Shown: positions 1 to 12,777 of the stretch, in pieces | Layout: every line of letters begins with the position of its first letter | Numbering within the stretch: the first letter of the stretch is position 1 | DNA from: Stegostoma tigrinum | Taxonomy: Eukaryota | Direction: 5' to 3' | Assembly (NCBI RefSeq): GCF_030684315.1 | Contig: NC_081376.1 | Coordinates: forward strand, 20,937,018-21,001,017 | DNA length: 64,000 nucleotides | The notes under the pieces: generated by a model | Seen by the model: only the letters and a program-made list of their open reading frames with translations | Database searches by the model: none | What the model was told of the DNA's origin: nothing | Translations under genes and position numbers: made by a program

Positions 1-29
1 GTTGCTTCTGGAAACGAACTAATGAGATG
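1..29 (+). CDS. SLC5A11: SLC5A11-like paralog A, 3' end of an internal exon (truncated by window start)
   Basis: Reads (G)CFWKRTNEM, matching SLC5A11 GCFWKRTNEK. GT donor at 30-31 joins in phase 0 to GAFWGL at 2303. Confidence 0.85.
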
Positions 30-354
30 GTGCCTATTGCATTTATTTCACTAATTACCTTTAGTTAATATGAGGTGATAACATTGAACCTACCTGGGCT
101 CTCCTTGTGTATTTTAGTTTGGTGAACTCCTGTTAACAGTGTCAATGGGGCACACCAAATGAAAACCCAAAGATAATGGTGTAACCTCAGGAAGCACTGC
201 CAAAACTCTCCCACACAACTCTTTAGACATTCTGTAATGTGCTAGACCTTCCCAGTGAGATAATGAAATGTCTAAAGAAGAAGCACAAAAAAGTCTATAG
301 TCTAGTAATCAGAAAGCAAAGCAAATCTTGACCCAGCCATTAAATGATCTCCAA

Positions 355-1335
355 TTCAATTATAGACCCTTTGGCCCAACTCATCCATGTTACCATACAT
401 TCCAATCTGATCTTGTCCCATTTGCCAGCATCTGACCCATGTCCCTCTAAACCCTTCCTATACATGTATTCATGTACCCTCTAGTTTTCGACTCCCCTAC
501 CCTAGGAAAACGATCTTGGCTATTCACCCTACCACGCCCCTCATGCTGATATAAACCTCTATAAGGTCACCCTGCTTCTCAAACGCGCCAGGGAAAATAG
601 CCCCTGCCTATTCAGCCTCTTCCTTTGGCTCCAGCAACATCCTTGTAAATCATTTCTGAACTCTCTCAAGTTGAATATCATCTTTCCAATAGAAGGGCAA
701 CCAGAATTGTATGCAATATTCTAAAAGTTGCCTCACTAATGTTTTGTAGAGCCACAACATTACATACTGACTCCTATACTCAATGTTCTGACCAATGAGG
801 GCAAGAGTGCCAAATGCCTTCTTCAGTACCCTGTCTACCTGCAACTCCTTATTCAACTCCACTTTCAAAGAGCAATGTACCTGCACCCCTAGATCTCTTT
901 GTTCAGCAACATTCTCCAGAGCACTACCATCACTGTATAAATCCAGCCCTGGTTTGCCTTACTAAAATGCCTCACTTCACATTTATCTAAATTAAATTCC
1001 TTTCTGCCACTCCTCAGCTCATTGGTCCATCGGATCAAAGTCTTCGTCACTGTCAATTACACCACCAACTTTGGTGTCATCTGCAAACTTACTAACCATT
1101 CCTCTTATGTTCCCAACCAAATCATTTAAATAAATGACAAAAAGCAGCAGACCCAGCACTGATCCTTGCAGCACACATCTGGTCACAGGCTTCCAGTCTG
1201 CAAAACAACCCTCTACCATCACCCTCTGTCTCCTTTCTTTGAGCCTATTTTGAATCCAATTCGCTAGCTTCCCCTGGATCCCATGTGATCTAACCTTATT
1301 AACCAGTCTATCATGCCAAACCTTGTCAAACATTA
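355..1335 (-). mobile_element. CR1/HER1-type LINE 3' fragment (RT C-terminus and 3' UTR), decayed
   Basis: Minus ORFs contain FDKV.H, QGSVLG.LLF.IY.NDL, SKFADDTK and LYKTLVR..LEYC.QFW.P. Confidence 0.9.
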
Positions 1336-1826
1336 AGAAAATTACATAATCATTATGCAATTGGAGTGAAGGGGTGAAAAAAAACGGGCCTTGAATTAAG
1401 CAGCGACAGGGCTGCTTAGACCAATAGCAAAAGGGATGGAGATGACCAGTCTAAGGGGATGTAAGTCAGCTTCAGTCCTGACATCTCGTTGTCTTCTTAT
1501 CTTAAAATTCAAGATTCCAATGGACTGCTGGTTGTTCAGACACAAAAAGAAAGGCTTGAACTAATATTAAACTTTTCATACCCTCAGGTGATCCCAAAGC
1601 ACTTTCCAGTTAACAGAGTCCTTTTGAGCTGTAGTCAGTGGTGTAATATAGGAAACATGGCACTCACACACAGCAAGGTCCACATGTAATCTTTGATATT
1701 GGTTGAATGATAAATATTGGCCTAGGAACTTCCCTTCTCTTCTGTAAAGTAGTACATGGAATCGTTTGGGTCAGACAGGATTTTAGTTGAACATCTCATG
1801 TGCAAGACAACACATTCTACAGGGTA

Positions 1827-2041
1827 AGTGTGCAATGCTAATGCTGGAGTCTGAGATAACACAGTATGGAGCTAGAGGAACACAGCAGGCCAGGCAGCAT
1901 CAGAGGAGCAGGAAAGCTGATGTTCCGGGTCAGGACCCTTCTTCAGAAATGGGGCCCCATTAAGCCCGAAAGGTCAGCTTTCCTGCTGCTCTGATGTTGC
2001 CTGGCCTGCTGTGTTTCTTTACCTCCACACTGTGTTATATC
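1827..2041. mobile_element. Penelope-derived hairpin mini-element (family A) with 10-bp TSD
   Basis: Inverted arms gataacacagt...actgtgttat (1855-2039) made of pLTR sequence. ctacagggta is duplicated at 1817-1826 and 2042-2051. Confidence 0.75.
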
Positions 2042-2302
2042 CTACAGGGTACTGTAGTAACATGACAATTTCTTAAATGGATATTGAAACACAAACGTTC
2101 AACTGAGTTATCAACTAAATTCTAGTTGACACCTTGTTCAGTACCCCACATGTTCTTTTCAAATGTAACAGTGCCTCAGATTTAGAACTTGATCTTTTAA
2201 CTTTTGTTTCCAATGTAAAAATATAAATCTTGGGAGAATGTGTCTGTGCAGATTTCCTGGAAATCAAAAAGATTTAATGTCTGATTCTGCTTATGTGCAC
2301 AG

Positions 2303-2518
2303 GGCGCGTTCTGGGGCCTCCTCACAGGGATCCTGGTTGGTTGCACTCGAATGGTTTTGGACTTCATTTATCCAGAGCCTCTGTGTGGCCAACCTGATAA
2401 TCGGCCTCTGGTGACCAAGTATGTTCATTACCTGCACTTTTCCATCATCCTTTCTGTCTTTACATTGATTGTTGTGGTGATCATCAGTCTCAGTACAAAA
2501 CCTCCAGATCTAGAAAGG
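2303..2518 (+). CDS. SLC5A11: SLC5A11-like paralog A, 216-nt exon (TM12-TM13)
   Basis: AG at 2301-2302 and GTAAGT at 2519. Translation GAFWGLLTGILVGCTRMVLDFIYPEPLCGQPDNRPLVTKYVHYLHFSIILSVFTLIVVVIISLSTKPPDLER closely matches SMIT2 (LVLDFIY..P.C.QPD.RP..VK..HYL.FS.IL). Confidence 0.95.
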
Positions 2519-2831
2519 GTAAGTGATTCAATCATCTCAAATATTTCAGCTGGGCAATTCAGAGATGCCGATGGGCCTTGACCTACTTACTTTAAGGCAG
2601 CACAGCCTTGGAGACTACCTGCTGGAAGTCAAATAAACAAAGGATTGGATTGTAAACCTACTGAGATTGTTCCAGTTCAACGGAACCAGGGAGCATTTAC
2701 TTAAGCTACATGAGGGTTGTTGGGTATTCGATGATTTCTCCTTGTCATCACTGGAAGTGTTTAGTCACGATGCTGTTTTCATACCTGGCAATTTCGGATG
2801 TTCTTATTCAATCAAATCTAAGTCTCAAGTG

Positions 2832-2927
2832 CTCTCTGATGAAGGATCTAGGCCCGAAATGTCAGCTTTTATGCTCCTGAGATGCTGCTTGGCCTGCTGT
2901 GTTCATCCAGCTCCACACTTTGTTATC
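2832..2927 (+). mobile_element. ~95-bp Penelope family A 3'-end insertion (hammerhead motif and tail)
   Basis: CTGATGA-AGGATCTAGGCCC-GAAA-TGTC at 2836-2863. Flanking direct repeat atctaagtctcaagtg at 2816-2831 and 2925-2940. Confidence 0.85.
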
Positions 2928-3222
2928 TAAGTCTCAAGTGAGTGTGTTTGAGCAGTGAGAGAGTTAGATAGAGCCTTTTATGTTGATTGTATGTGTACTT
3001 TGTTTAATTTTTATGTGGGTAGAGGAATTCACTTGAGCTCTGTAAGTAGGCACAAGGGACAGGCCCATTTAGCAGACTGATAGAATCCCTACCTCTGGGC
3101 CAGTAAGCCTGGGTTCAAGACTCACTTTCTCCATCTCTGAACAGGTTGATTAGGAAACATCTTAAATAGACACAAAAACATTTTAACTTAGTCCTGTCCA
3201 CTCTTTCTATCTTTCTTCACTA

Positions 3223-3672
3223 TTGTTGTGATCGCACTGTGTACCTGACAGGCTTTGCACATAAATTGCTTATTTCGTTAGAGAGGTGGGTGATTTAGTG
3301 ATGGAGAATAAAAGAAAAAAAAGGGTGATTTGGTGGTGGAAAAAATGCTCAGTGGTGCATAAAATCATCTCAGGACAAAAAAGGTAGACACATAACCACT
3401 TTAATTTAGTTCCCTCAGTCTCTCCCTACCTTATTCCACTTTTGTTGGTGCGCTGCCATTTTGGGTAAACAGTGCAGTGCTCTCCATTAGACATGTGTCA
3501 TAACATCTCTGGAGAGGTTGCTTAGAAAACATCTCAATAGACACAAGCTAAAACTGTGGTTGTTGGGTTAGTAGACATATGCGTGTAATGTGTAACTCTG
3601 TCAATAAATATCAAAGTGTGTAAAGATTGGTTCCAGTTCTGTCTTTCACCAGCTGGTTTTTGGAATAGAATA
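3223..3672 (+). mobile_element. Possible solo LTR
   Basis: Starts TGTTGTGA, has AATAAA near 3603 and an LTR-like U5 end. Based on general appearance only. Confidence 0.3.
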
Positions 3673-4384
3673 TTTTGCTAATCAAAAAAATGAGAATGTC
3701 TCTGTCTCTGTGTAGTTGGCGAGTTTCAGTCTCATCCTGTTTTTATTTAGCTGCTTCCTCATTTTAAAAAGCAACCTTCCCATCAGTGACTCAAAACGGC
3801 AGATGCCTAAAGGAAACAGGAAGTTCAATATGCTTGACGGAACAGGCAATACTTGTCTTCACAGAAACAGATTTAACATTTCAGATCAACGATTTCTTTG
3901 GCATACTGACAAAAAATATTGGAGATCTCAGTGTTATTAAGCAGATAAGAGTCAAGGAAAGGAGAACAGTGGAGAAAAGTGGAAAAGGGAAGCTCAGCAA
4001 TAAGTTGGAAAGCAGGATAGATAAAATGGCCAAAATGTACGGCAGTGCAGAGTTGGATAATATGACTAGAAACTTAACAGGGAACCTGTAAATGGGAACA
4101 TCATCGCTTGTCCAAAAAAAGAATGAGGACTGGTTATGATCTAAAATTGTTGAACTCTGTAACAAGCCTGGACTGTTATAAAGTGCCCAAGCGAAAGGCA
4201 AGATGCTCTTTCCTCAAGCATGGGTTCGACTTCAGTAGATCTGCACAGATCAAGGACAGAGAAGTTAACGTGGGAGCAGAGCTGAAAAATAAAATGACAG
4301 GTGCCAGAAGCTGCCATTAGTTATAGATTTACCTCATTGATTCTCGAATTTCTTTCCATGTTGGCTGTGTCTGTGGTGCTATGA

Positions 4385-4580
4385 TATGGAGGTGTCAGTG
4401 TTTGACAAGGTGGACCAAGTCAGAAATCACATGATACCAGGATATTGTCCCAAGCTTTTGGATTACTGCTCCTTCAGCAGGTCAAATCATTTCACCTGAT
4501 TAAGGAGCAGCACTTCAAAAGCTTGTGATTTCAAATAAACCTGTTGGACAATAACTCGGTGTTGACTGATTTTTGTCTAT
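4385..4580. mobile_element. Penelope family B hairpin fragment with degenerate hammerhead motifs
   Basis: aagcttttggattactgctccttcagcagg faces cacctgattaaggagcagcacttcaaaagcttgtg, followed by aataaacctgttggac. Same family as 44063, 46388 and 56385. Confidence 0.65.
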
Positions 4581-5699
4581 GGTACTAGACCAGGATCAGC
4601 ATCTTAAAGACAAGGAAACCTATTTTAAAAAATTAGTCAAAAATGCAGAATCAGTAGAATTATAATCAATTACTCAAAAGATTAGCAACAAAAGAAAATC
4701 AAGACAGAGGGACATATCTGGATTTCTGTGAAACTCCAGTTAGCTGAGGTTCTTTCACATGCCCACAGAGAAGATGAAACAGTTTCTTTTGAAAAAAGAA
4801 ATCTGTTAATGTTGATATTCCTCCCAGTACGACTTACGAATGATGAAAAAAGTTCTGTTTCTTGTATCTTGTTTTGGCAAAGCATCCTGAAAGCAATACT
4901 TGATTCCATATTTACTTGAAATCAGTCATGCCTCTAACATCTGCAAGACATGGAAGATTTGAAATGTTAACATTGTTTTTGCCAATGCAAATACTGGCTG
5001 ATCTGCTGAGCGTGTCCGGCTTTCCATTTTAGATTTCTAGAATCTGCAGTTTTGTGTTTTTGCAATTGTAATGACTAGTTAGTTCCTTACTTATGCACCC
5101 GTCTGCATCTATGAGTGACTCACATGTTGAACTGGTGTATGTTACCTAAATCATTGATGAGAATCTGCGTGAAGTTATCAATGACTGTAACTCATTATTA
5201 CTATTGACCTAAGCAAGTTTTTCATAGAATTTGGTACATTTATGATTAAACTTTTCTCAAGTTCTGTTATCCTTTAAAATATCTGAGCAGATTTTCAAAA
5301 AGCTGATATTCTTTGTAAACTACAAACATATTTAGATAGCCATTGTCTAAAAATTGATGGAGGAAGACTAAGTTTGTTCAGTTAAAGTCAGAATCCGTAC
5401 AAGAGTCCTTTACTGTGCTGCATGGAGAGCCCTGCACTACAGTCTTTCAGTTTGGCTTTTTCAATGTAAAAGGTTTGACTGCTCTTAGAACCAGGAGAAG
5501 TTGCTGAACAGCATGTATTATTGTTGCTGTCAAAACTAAACAGTTCTGGAAAGAGAGAGAGCTAGAACTTGACTTATGACAAATAAACTTTGAAAAGGCC
5601 CCAGTTCTTGAAAACAATGTCAGCCAAGTGAATCCGATGTCAGTGGGGGTTCATTTAGGAGATATGGTGGAGAATCACATAATTAATCCAGAGTAATCA

Positions 5700-8600
5700 A
5701 CTGATCAAGAGCTGACTACAAAAGTGCAGGAATGGGGCTGGCGAGGATGGACTACAGTGAAAGATTACAAGGAAAAACAGTAACAGAGCCATCAGCTACC
5801 TTCAAAGAGAAGATGGTGCAGGTATAGTCAAGATATGATACCTCAAACAAATCTGGAGCTGCCTGGATGAAAAAGGAGACAGAAATTAAAATAAAGAAGA
5901 GAAAGTGTGCTTATGACAGGTATCAAATAGAAAACACAATTGAGATCTAACAGGGATAAAAAAGGTTCAGAGGGGAGGTCAAAAAACACATTAGAAAAAA
6001 AAGGAATTATGAGAAAAGACTGGCATCCAACATAAAGAATCATCTCAAAGTCTTCTAAAGGCATACAAATAGTAAAATCAATGGAAAAATGAGGAGTAGG
6101 ACTGCTTAGTTTCTAAAACTGGAATTGACAGTTGCAGGAAGCAGGCATGACCGAGGTTTTAAATGATACTTTACATTGACTTTTCATTGGCTACAGAGGG
6201 ATTGGACAGAGTAGTAGAGTGGGGAGAGTGTGGCAAAGAAAGCACAGATGGACTACAATGTGGGCAAGTGTGAGGTTGCGCACTTTGGTAAGAAGAATGA
6301 AGATGTAGATTATTTTCTAAATGGGAAAAGGCTTCGGAAATCTGAAGCAGGCAGGATCTTGTTCTAGTTCAGGGGATTCTCTTAAGGTTAACATGCAAGT
6401 TCATTTGGCAGTTGGGAAAGCATATGCAATGACATATTTGTTTGAGAATTCATGAGAATACAAGAGCAGGGATGTATTACCAAGCTGTATAAGGCTCTGT
6501 TCGGACCGTACTTGGAATATTGTGAGCAATCTTGGGCCCCTTATGTAAGGAATGATGTGTTGCTCTTGGAGTGGGTCCAAGGAGATTTACAAGAATGATG
6601 CTGGAGATGAAGGGCTTGTCATATGCAAAGTGGTTGAGCTCTCTGGGTCTGTACTAGTTGGAGTTTAGATGGATGAGGGGGAATCTCAATGAAACTTATA
6701 GAAGCTTGAAAGGCCCAGATAGAGTGGACATGGAGAGGATGTTTCCACTAGTAGGAGAGACTAGAACCCAAGGGTACAGCCTCAGAGTGAAGGAACAACC
6801 ATTTAGAATCGAGATGAGGAGGAATTTCTTCAGCCAGAAAGTAAAGAATCGGTGGGACTCAATGCTGAAGTGGGCTGAGAAGACAAAATCATTGAGTGTA
6901 TTTAAGACAGAGATAGATAAGTTCTTGATTAATAAGGGGTCAAGGATTATGGAGATAAGGCAAGCAGAATGGGGTCAAGAAATGTATCAGCCATGATCGA
7001 ATGGCAGAGCAGACTGGTGAAAGAGGAGGTAGCTCTGTCACTAGAATGATTTATAGTTGATAAACAATAAGTGTTGGATAGATTGTTGGTACCTAAAGTT
7101 GACAAGGCTCTGGAATCGAACTGGATGCATTCAAGGATATTGAAGGACGTGTGAGTGAAAATTGCAGGGAAACACTGGCCACAAGTCTTTCAGTCTTGCC
7201 TAGTCTCAGGGGGAGACTGGAGCATTGCAAATATCATGTCACTGTTCAAAACAGTCTGTAAGGATAAGCCCCGTGATCATAGACCAGTCAGTTAAACTTC
7301 AGAGCTGGGTAGGCTTCTAGAAATAATTATTTGGCATCGAATTAGTAGTCATGCGGTAAAAGGTGTATTGACTCGGAAGAGACAGCCTGGATTTCTCAAG
7401 GAGAAATCATGTTGAACTTACTTGTTGGAGTTTTTTTGATTAGGCAAGGGACAGAATTGATGAGGGTAATGCCGCTGATGTAGTGTACATGGACTTCCAG
7501 AAGGCATTTGATACAGTGCCACAGAACAGACCTGTAAGGAAAGTACAGCTCATGGAATATAAAAGATAATAGCAAGGTAGATACAAAATCAGCTGAATGA
7601 TAAGCAAGTACTGTAATGATCACTGGATGTTTTTTGGGCTGGAGGAAGGTTTAAAAAGGAGTTGCCCAGGTTTAATATTGGGATCCTTGCTTTTCCTGAC
7701 ATGCATTAATGATCTGAATCTTGGTGTGCAACAGACAATTTGTAGGTGATACCAAAACTTGGAAGAGTTATAAACTGTGAGCAGGACAGTGTAGAACTTC
7801 AAAAGGCTTTGACAAATGGTTGGGTGGGCAAACAGATAGCAGATGAAGTTCAATGCAGAGAAGTGTGAGATGATGCATGTTGGTAGAGGGACAGGAGACA
7901 ATGGGGGATACAATTCTAACAGGTATGCAGTGCAAAGGGACCTGGCTGCATATGTGCACTGATCACTGAAGGTGGTAGGACTGGTGGAGAGACCAGTTAA
8001 TAAAACATGGCCTTATTAATAGAGGAATACTGTAAAAGAGCAAGGAGGTTATGTTGAGTTTATGCAGGACACTTATTTGATCTCAGCTGCAGTATTGTGT
8101 ACAGTCTGTGTGACACATGATAGAAAGGATGTGAACACATTAGAGAGAAAACATTCCCTTTAAATTATGTGTCTGTGCAGCTGTGCAGACACTCAGAAGT
8201 CCCAGGTATGCCAATCAGTGTGCTGTGCGTTGAATCCCGCACAAGTTGCTGCTACACATGGACACTGGAGGTCTGTGCAGTGGACAAACAAAATTAGAGG
8301 AATGTAGGTTGTGTGACCAAATTGGAGAGGTTAGGAGTTTGTCCTTGGAGCAAACGATGCTAGCACTAAATGTTTTCAAGATCATAAAGGAGCTGGATGG
8401 AGTAGATAGGGGGAAACTGTTCCCACTCATAATTAGATCAAGAATGAGAGGGCACAGATTTAAAGTGATTCACATAAGCACACATGGAAGGAGAGAAAAG
8501 TTTTTCATACAGTGAGTAGTTAGTGTCTGGAATGCACTATCTGGAATTTGGTGGAAGCAGGTTCAGCTGACACATTCATGAAGGTACTGGATGAGTATAT

Positions 8601-8725
8601 GAATAGAAACAATGGAGGAAAAGCAGGAGAATGACACTGTCATGATGTTTGTGTGGAGAGCTGATACAGAGACAAAGGACTGAATGGTCTCCTTCTGTAC
8701 CATAATACTTATGGGATTCTGTGAC
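5700..8725 (+). mobile_element. Decayed CR1 LINE ORF2, interrupted by a nested CR1 3' fragment (~6188-7015)
   Basis: W.IAN...LFK near 7218, RPVS near 7281, DVVYMDFQKAFDTVPH near 7477 and a CR1 3' end near 8680-8725. The nested piece has its own ORF2 end (6658-6996) and 3' tail. Confidence 0.85.
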
Positions 8726-8729
8726 ATCT

Positions 8730-9640
8730 TGTTTATTTATTTATTCATGGCATATGGATATTGCTGGTTAGACCAGCATTTACTGCCAATTCCTAATTAC
8801 TCTGGAGAAGAGCAATGAGCTTCCCTCTTGAACTCTGCAGATTGAAGGGTGTAGGCTCCTCCTTAACACTGTTAGTAAGGGAGGGTCATTGATGAAGCAA
8901 TTAAAGATGGTTGGGCCTAGGACACTATCCTGAGAAACTCCTATAGCAATGTCCAGGAGCTGAGTTAACTGACTTTAAACAACCACACCATCCTCCTTGT
9001 GAAAGGAACGATGCCAGCCAGCTGAGGGATTTCCTATTGATTCCTGTTTTCTAGAGGTCTTTGTTGCCACACTCGATCCAATGTGACCTTTAAGTGAAGG
9101 ACAGTCAGTCTTATGTCACCCCTGGAGTTCAGCTTTTTAATTTATGTTTGGACCAAGGCTATAATGAGATCAGGAAGTGAATGGCACTGGTTGAACTGAA
9201 TCTGAGCATTACTCCTTTTCAGGTGCTGCTTGATAGCATTGTTGACAACCCCTTCCATCACTTTACTGATGATAGAGAATGGACTGATAGGGCATTAATT
9301 GGCTGCATTGGATTTATCCTGCTTTTTGGGCACAGGACATACCTGCGTAATTTTACCCGTTGTCGGGTAGATGCCAGTGTTGTAGCTCTACTGGACCACA
9401 TTAGCTAGCAGCACAGTTCTGGAACACAGGTCTTCATTACTGTTACTGGAATGTTCTCAGCCCATAGTTTTACAGTAATCACTGTCTTCAGCTGTTTCTT
9501 GATTTCATGTAAAATGAATTGGTTGAAGGCTGGCATCTGTGAAGCTGTGTATTTCGGAGAGGGCGGTGCAGGAGCTGAGATGGATTATCTACTTGGCAGT
9601 TCTAGTTGATTGGAGATGCTTCAGCTTTTGTCTTTTGCAC
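8730..9640 (-). mobile_element. Old LINE remnant sharing its 3' tail with SacSINE1/Deu-type SINEs
   Basis: Degenerate reverse complement of the agggatgggcaataaatgctgg tail at ~8745-8800, followed by decayed RT-like sequence. Confidence 0.55.
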
Positions 9641-9645
9641 TGACC

Positions 9646-9930
9646 TTGGAGGCAATGATGTAATGTCACTGGACTAGAACTATGCATTGGTATTCTGGGG
9701 AACATGGTATCAAGTCAAAACATGGCTACTGGCGAAATGTTAATACAATGGAATTCTGCATCTTAAAAACTGACTGCGTAGCCACTGTCATTTGTCATAA
9801 AAACTCCTCTAGGTCCCTTTTAGTAAAGAAGATGTGCTATCCTTAACTGGCCTGCATGTGTGTTCAGACCCACAGTAATGTGATTGACTCTTAACTGTCC
9901 TCTGGACATTTAGGGATGGGCAATAAATGA
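9646..9930 (+). mobile_element. SacSINE1/Deu-type SINE, degenerate
   Basis: tRNA-like head (gtaatgtcactggactag), core agacccacagtaatgtgattgactcttaactg, tail tagggatgggcaataaatg. Confidence 0.6.
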
Positions 9931-11499
9931 TCAAAGAGAAACACATATGTTGGGCTCCTCATTGTTGGTATTTATAGAGCCTCTACCCCCTGAAGGTTGA
10001 TTAATTATCCACTTCTTCTCACATGGTGCAGTGACTAGAAACCACGACACAGAATCTGTCAAAAGCCAACTGCCTCTGTTTCTGTCATTGTTAAAAAAAG
10101 AATCAAAGGAATAAAAGATGAAAGCAGGTTAACTTGATCAGCACAATTTTACAAAGTCATAAATAAGTACAATTTTAAAGTCAGAAGTTTTCAAAAGAGA
10201 CAAATATTGGATCATTTCAAAGACTATTTAAACAAGCAATGATACCTTGTTAAATCCACCTAAACATTTTAAAAATCTGATAAATTGAGTTTGAGAAAAC
10301 GTAACAAATCTACTTATGTCCAACAGGGTTTTGGAAGTTCCCTATTGGTATATTTGTCCTTATTAAAGATTCACAAAATGAGAGAACTCCCACAAAAGCC
10401 AACATTTTTCAAACAGAGTAATTTGTGAGTGGGCATTTCGATCTGCAGGGTGGCTGATGACTGATACCATGAAGCTTCTGGAGAACTGGAGGGTGGCCCC
10501 CTGTAACTTCTGGATTTACACACCGGAATGCTCATGTAAGTTGCCGGGCCTCTCCACCATGTCCGTACAGTTTGAAGGCTTGGTTGTCATTGCTTCAGTA
10601 AAATCGTGGCCAATAACTAATATCGTTGTCATGAGAGACATTGCTTTTAATTCCATTTGCTTCTGGGCAGGTAGATAGTGAAGTGAGTTGAAAAATGTTC
10701 CAGAACTGAAACCCAGGCCACTTTAACTCCAAAGTTGCATTCAAATTCCCATTGGTTGATTTTCCAGCAACTCTGGATGGAAAAGCAGTGGAAAATGACA
10801 TGATCCTGTTGTAAGGCCTAGGACCAAGGACAAGTGATCTTCTCTTCTTCCTATTTCTTCTGGTCTTCAAATTGAGAGGCAGATTGACTCCACTTTGATA
10901 CAAGGTCGACAGGTTTCTGATCCTCTATCTGGCGTGCTGGCCTGGGTTGTGCTGTGAACATAGATCTCACTTGATACAGAACAAGAGGCTTAAATGTTCC
11001 TGGTGAGGTCTTAAGGGGCCTGACTGGCCCTGATAGGCTTTCACTAGTCAAAACTTTAGGTCAAATTCCCTGCTGAAACTTCAGTGAAAATTATCATTGC
11101 ATCTCATGGGGACCTGAAATATATTTGTGAAATAGAACGATATTTGTTGCCTCGGTATCCTTGCCCAGTATAGAAGGTTGAAATGTCATACAGTGGAATC
11201 ATGACTGCTTCGGGTTTGAGAGTACCTCAGACAATTTTAACTGCCCATTCCTTCCAGATTCTGCTGGGCAGTTCAAATCATCCTTTAGATCTTTTTTGAT
11301 TTTTAGGAATGTCTCCACAACTTGGAATGGATTCAATACACCTGAAATAAGTCTCTGGCAATTCTACTGCAAAACATTCTTCCTGGCTCTGAACTATGGA
11401 GCAGGGCTACATAAGTCAAGGTGAGCAACTCTCACAGTTGGAAATATGCAGACATTGTAAACTGGGCCTGATTCATTGAAAGTGTATGATCTTTAACAT

Positions 11500-11860
11500 T
11501 CCTTCTTTCATGGGATGTGGTCATTCTGGTGAGGCCAGCATTTGTTGCTTATCCTTAACTGTCGTTTAATTAAGGAATTTGCGAGGATGTTTCAGAGAGC
11601 AGTTAGGAGTCAACCACATTATTGTGGATCTGGAGTCACATGCAAGCCAGGGACATAGGGGGACTTGCCAGTGACACAAGGTGGACTTGGGCAGAAATTA
11701 AAAAATCATATGGTTCTTTGCTTCGATCAAAGATAGTTTCATGGTCACCATTACTGAGATTCTTCAGATGTCAGATTTATTCATTCAGCCAACTATTTGT
11801 CAGAATTTGTGATCATGTCCCCAGAATATTATCTTGGGTCTAGTATTGCAACCACCATCA
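11500..11860 (-). mobile_element. SacSINE1/Deu-type SINE, degenerate
   Basis: Reverse complement of the same tail and core as 9646 and 26325 (gagtcaaccacattattgtggatctggagtcaca). Confidence 0.6.
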
Positions 11861-12012
11861 TCCCAACAGCTATTCATATATTTTACCGGGGGAAAGTCTG
11901 CTTGATGTGTCCAGTTAACAAGAGTTCTTGTTTGAAATGCCTAGCCAACATTAACCACAGCAAAATTAGCATCCTCGTATGTTGTGCTATAACCTTTCTT
12001 CTCCAATCTTAG

Positions 12013-12079
12013 ATTAGCCGCTTGACCTGGTTCACCCGTTTTGAAAGAAACAATTCTGTAGTAAAACAGCCTGATGAAG
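12013..12079 (+). CDS. SLC5A11: SLC5A11-like paralog A, 67-nt exon (start of TM13-TM14 loop)
   Basis: Pyrimidine tract and AG at 12011-12012. Reads ISRLTWFTRFERNNSVVKQPDE (SMIT2 VSHLTWFTR). Strong AAG/gtaagc donor at 12080, phase 1. Confidence 0.9.
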
Positions 12080-12677
12080 GTAAGCTACATGTCAAGGAAC
12101 TGCTAACATGAGCAAAATCACACTTTCAAGGAAGAAGTCCTTGACGATCATTGCAATGATACATGATATACTAGAGGCAGAACAAAAACCATACCCCTGA
12201 CATGAATGCAACACAGCTATAATTATGTACAAGTGTAGCAACTACCCAATGTATAGGGCAATTTGATGTGATCTAAGGTAAGCCTTTCTTTCTGATGTAA
12301 TGCTGCATCAACATGATAAGTTATGATTTAGTACCTTCCAGATGCAGGAAAGAGAATCATGTATGTTGTTTGGAAACTGTTAAAGAGTTCTGTGTCTCTT
12401 AGAGATGCACAACTCTCTCACTAGTCTGAGCAGTGGATAATGCAGAGCTTATGGTACCCCCCTGTCTTGGGAAACAATTGCATCAAGAAGGAATGTCCTT
12501 TCTGTGTAGAACATTCTCTATTGTGGCTGTTAAAAGCTGATTCATGCGTCAGTTCCACCTGCAGATGTATTGGACAACTGATGCTTACTCCTTCTGGCAG
12601 GCTCACTTTTCTGCCATCCGCTGGTTTCTTTTGTCCTTTGCTCTCTCTATGTTCTTCCTGACTGCTCATCTCCAGGC

Positions 12678-12777
12678 CTGAGACACTGCGAACGCACAGA
12701 CTGAGACACTGCGAACGCACAGACTGAGACACTGCGAACGCATAGACTGAGACGTTGCGAACACACAGGCTGAGACA
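12678..12777. repeat. 23-bp minisatellite, ~4.3 copies
   Basis: Unit ctgagacactgcgaacgcacaga at 12678, 12701, 12724, 12747 and partially at 12770. Confidence 0.95.

Noticed and set aside
10030-11480. Possible LTR-retrotransposon internal remnant
   Set aside because: It looks like decayed coding sequence on the minus strand, but no motif could be identified.
12257-12283. Strong donor AAG/gtaagc at 12278 as another loop exon
   Set aside because: The acceptor is weak, there is an in-frame TAA in phase 1, and read-through from 12013 hits stops.
12678-12777. CRISPR-like array
   Set aside because: The units are contiguous with no unique spacers, and the context is a vertebrate intron.
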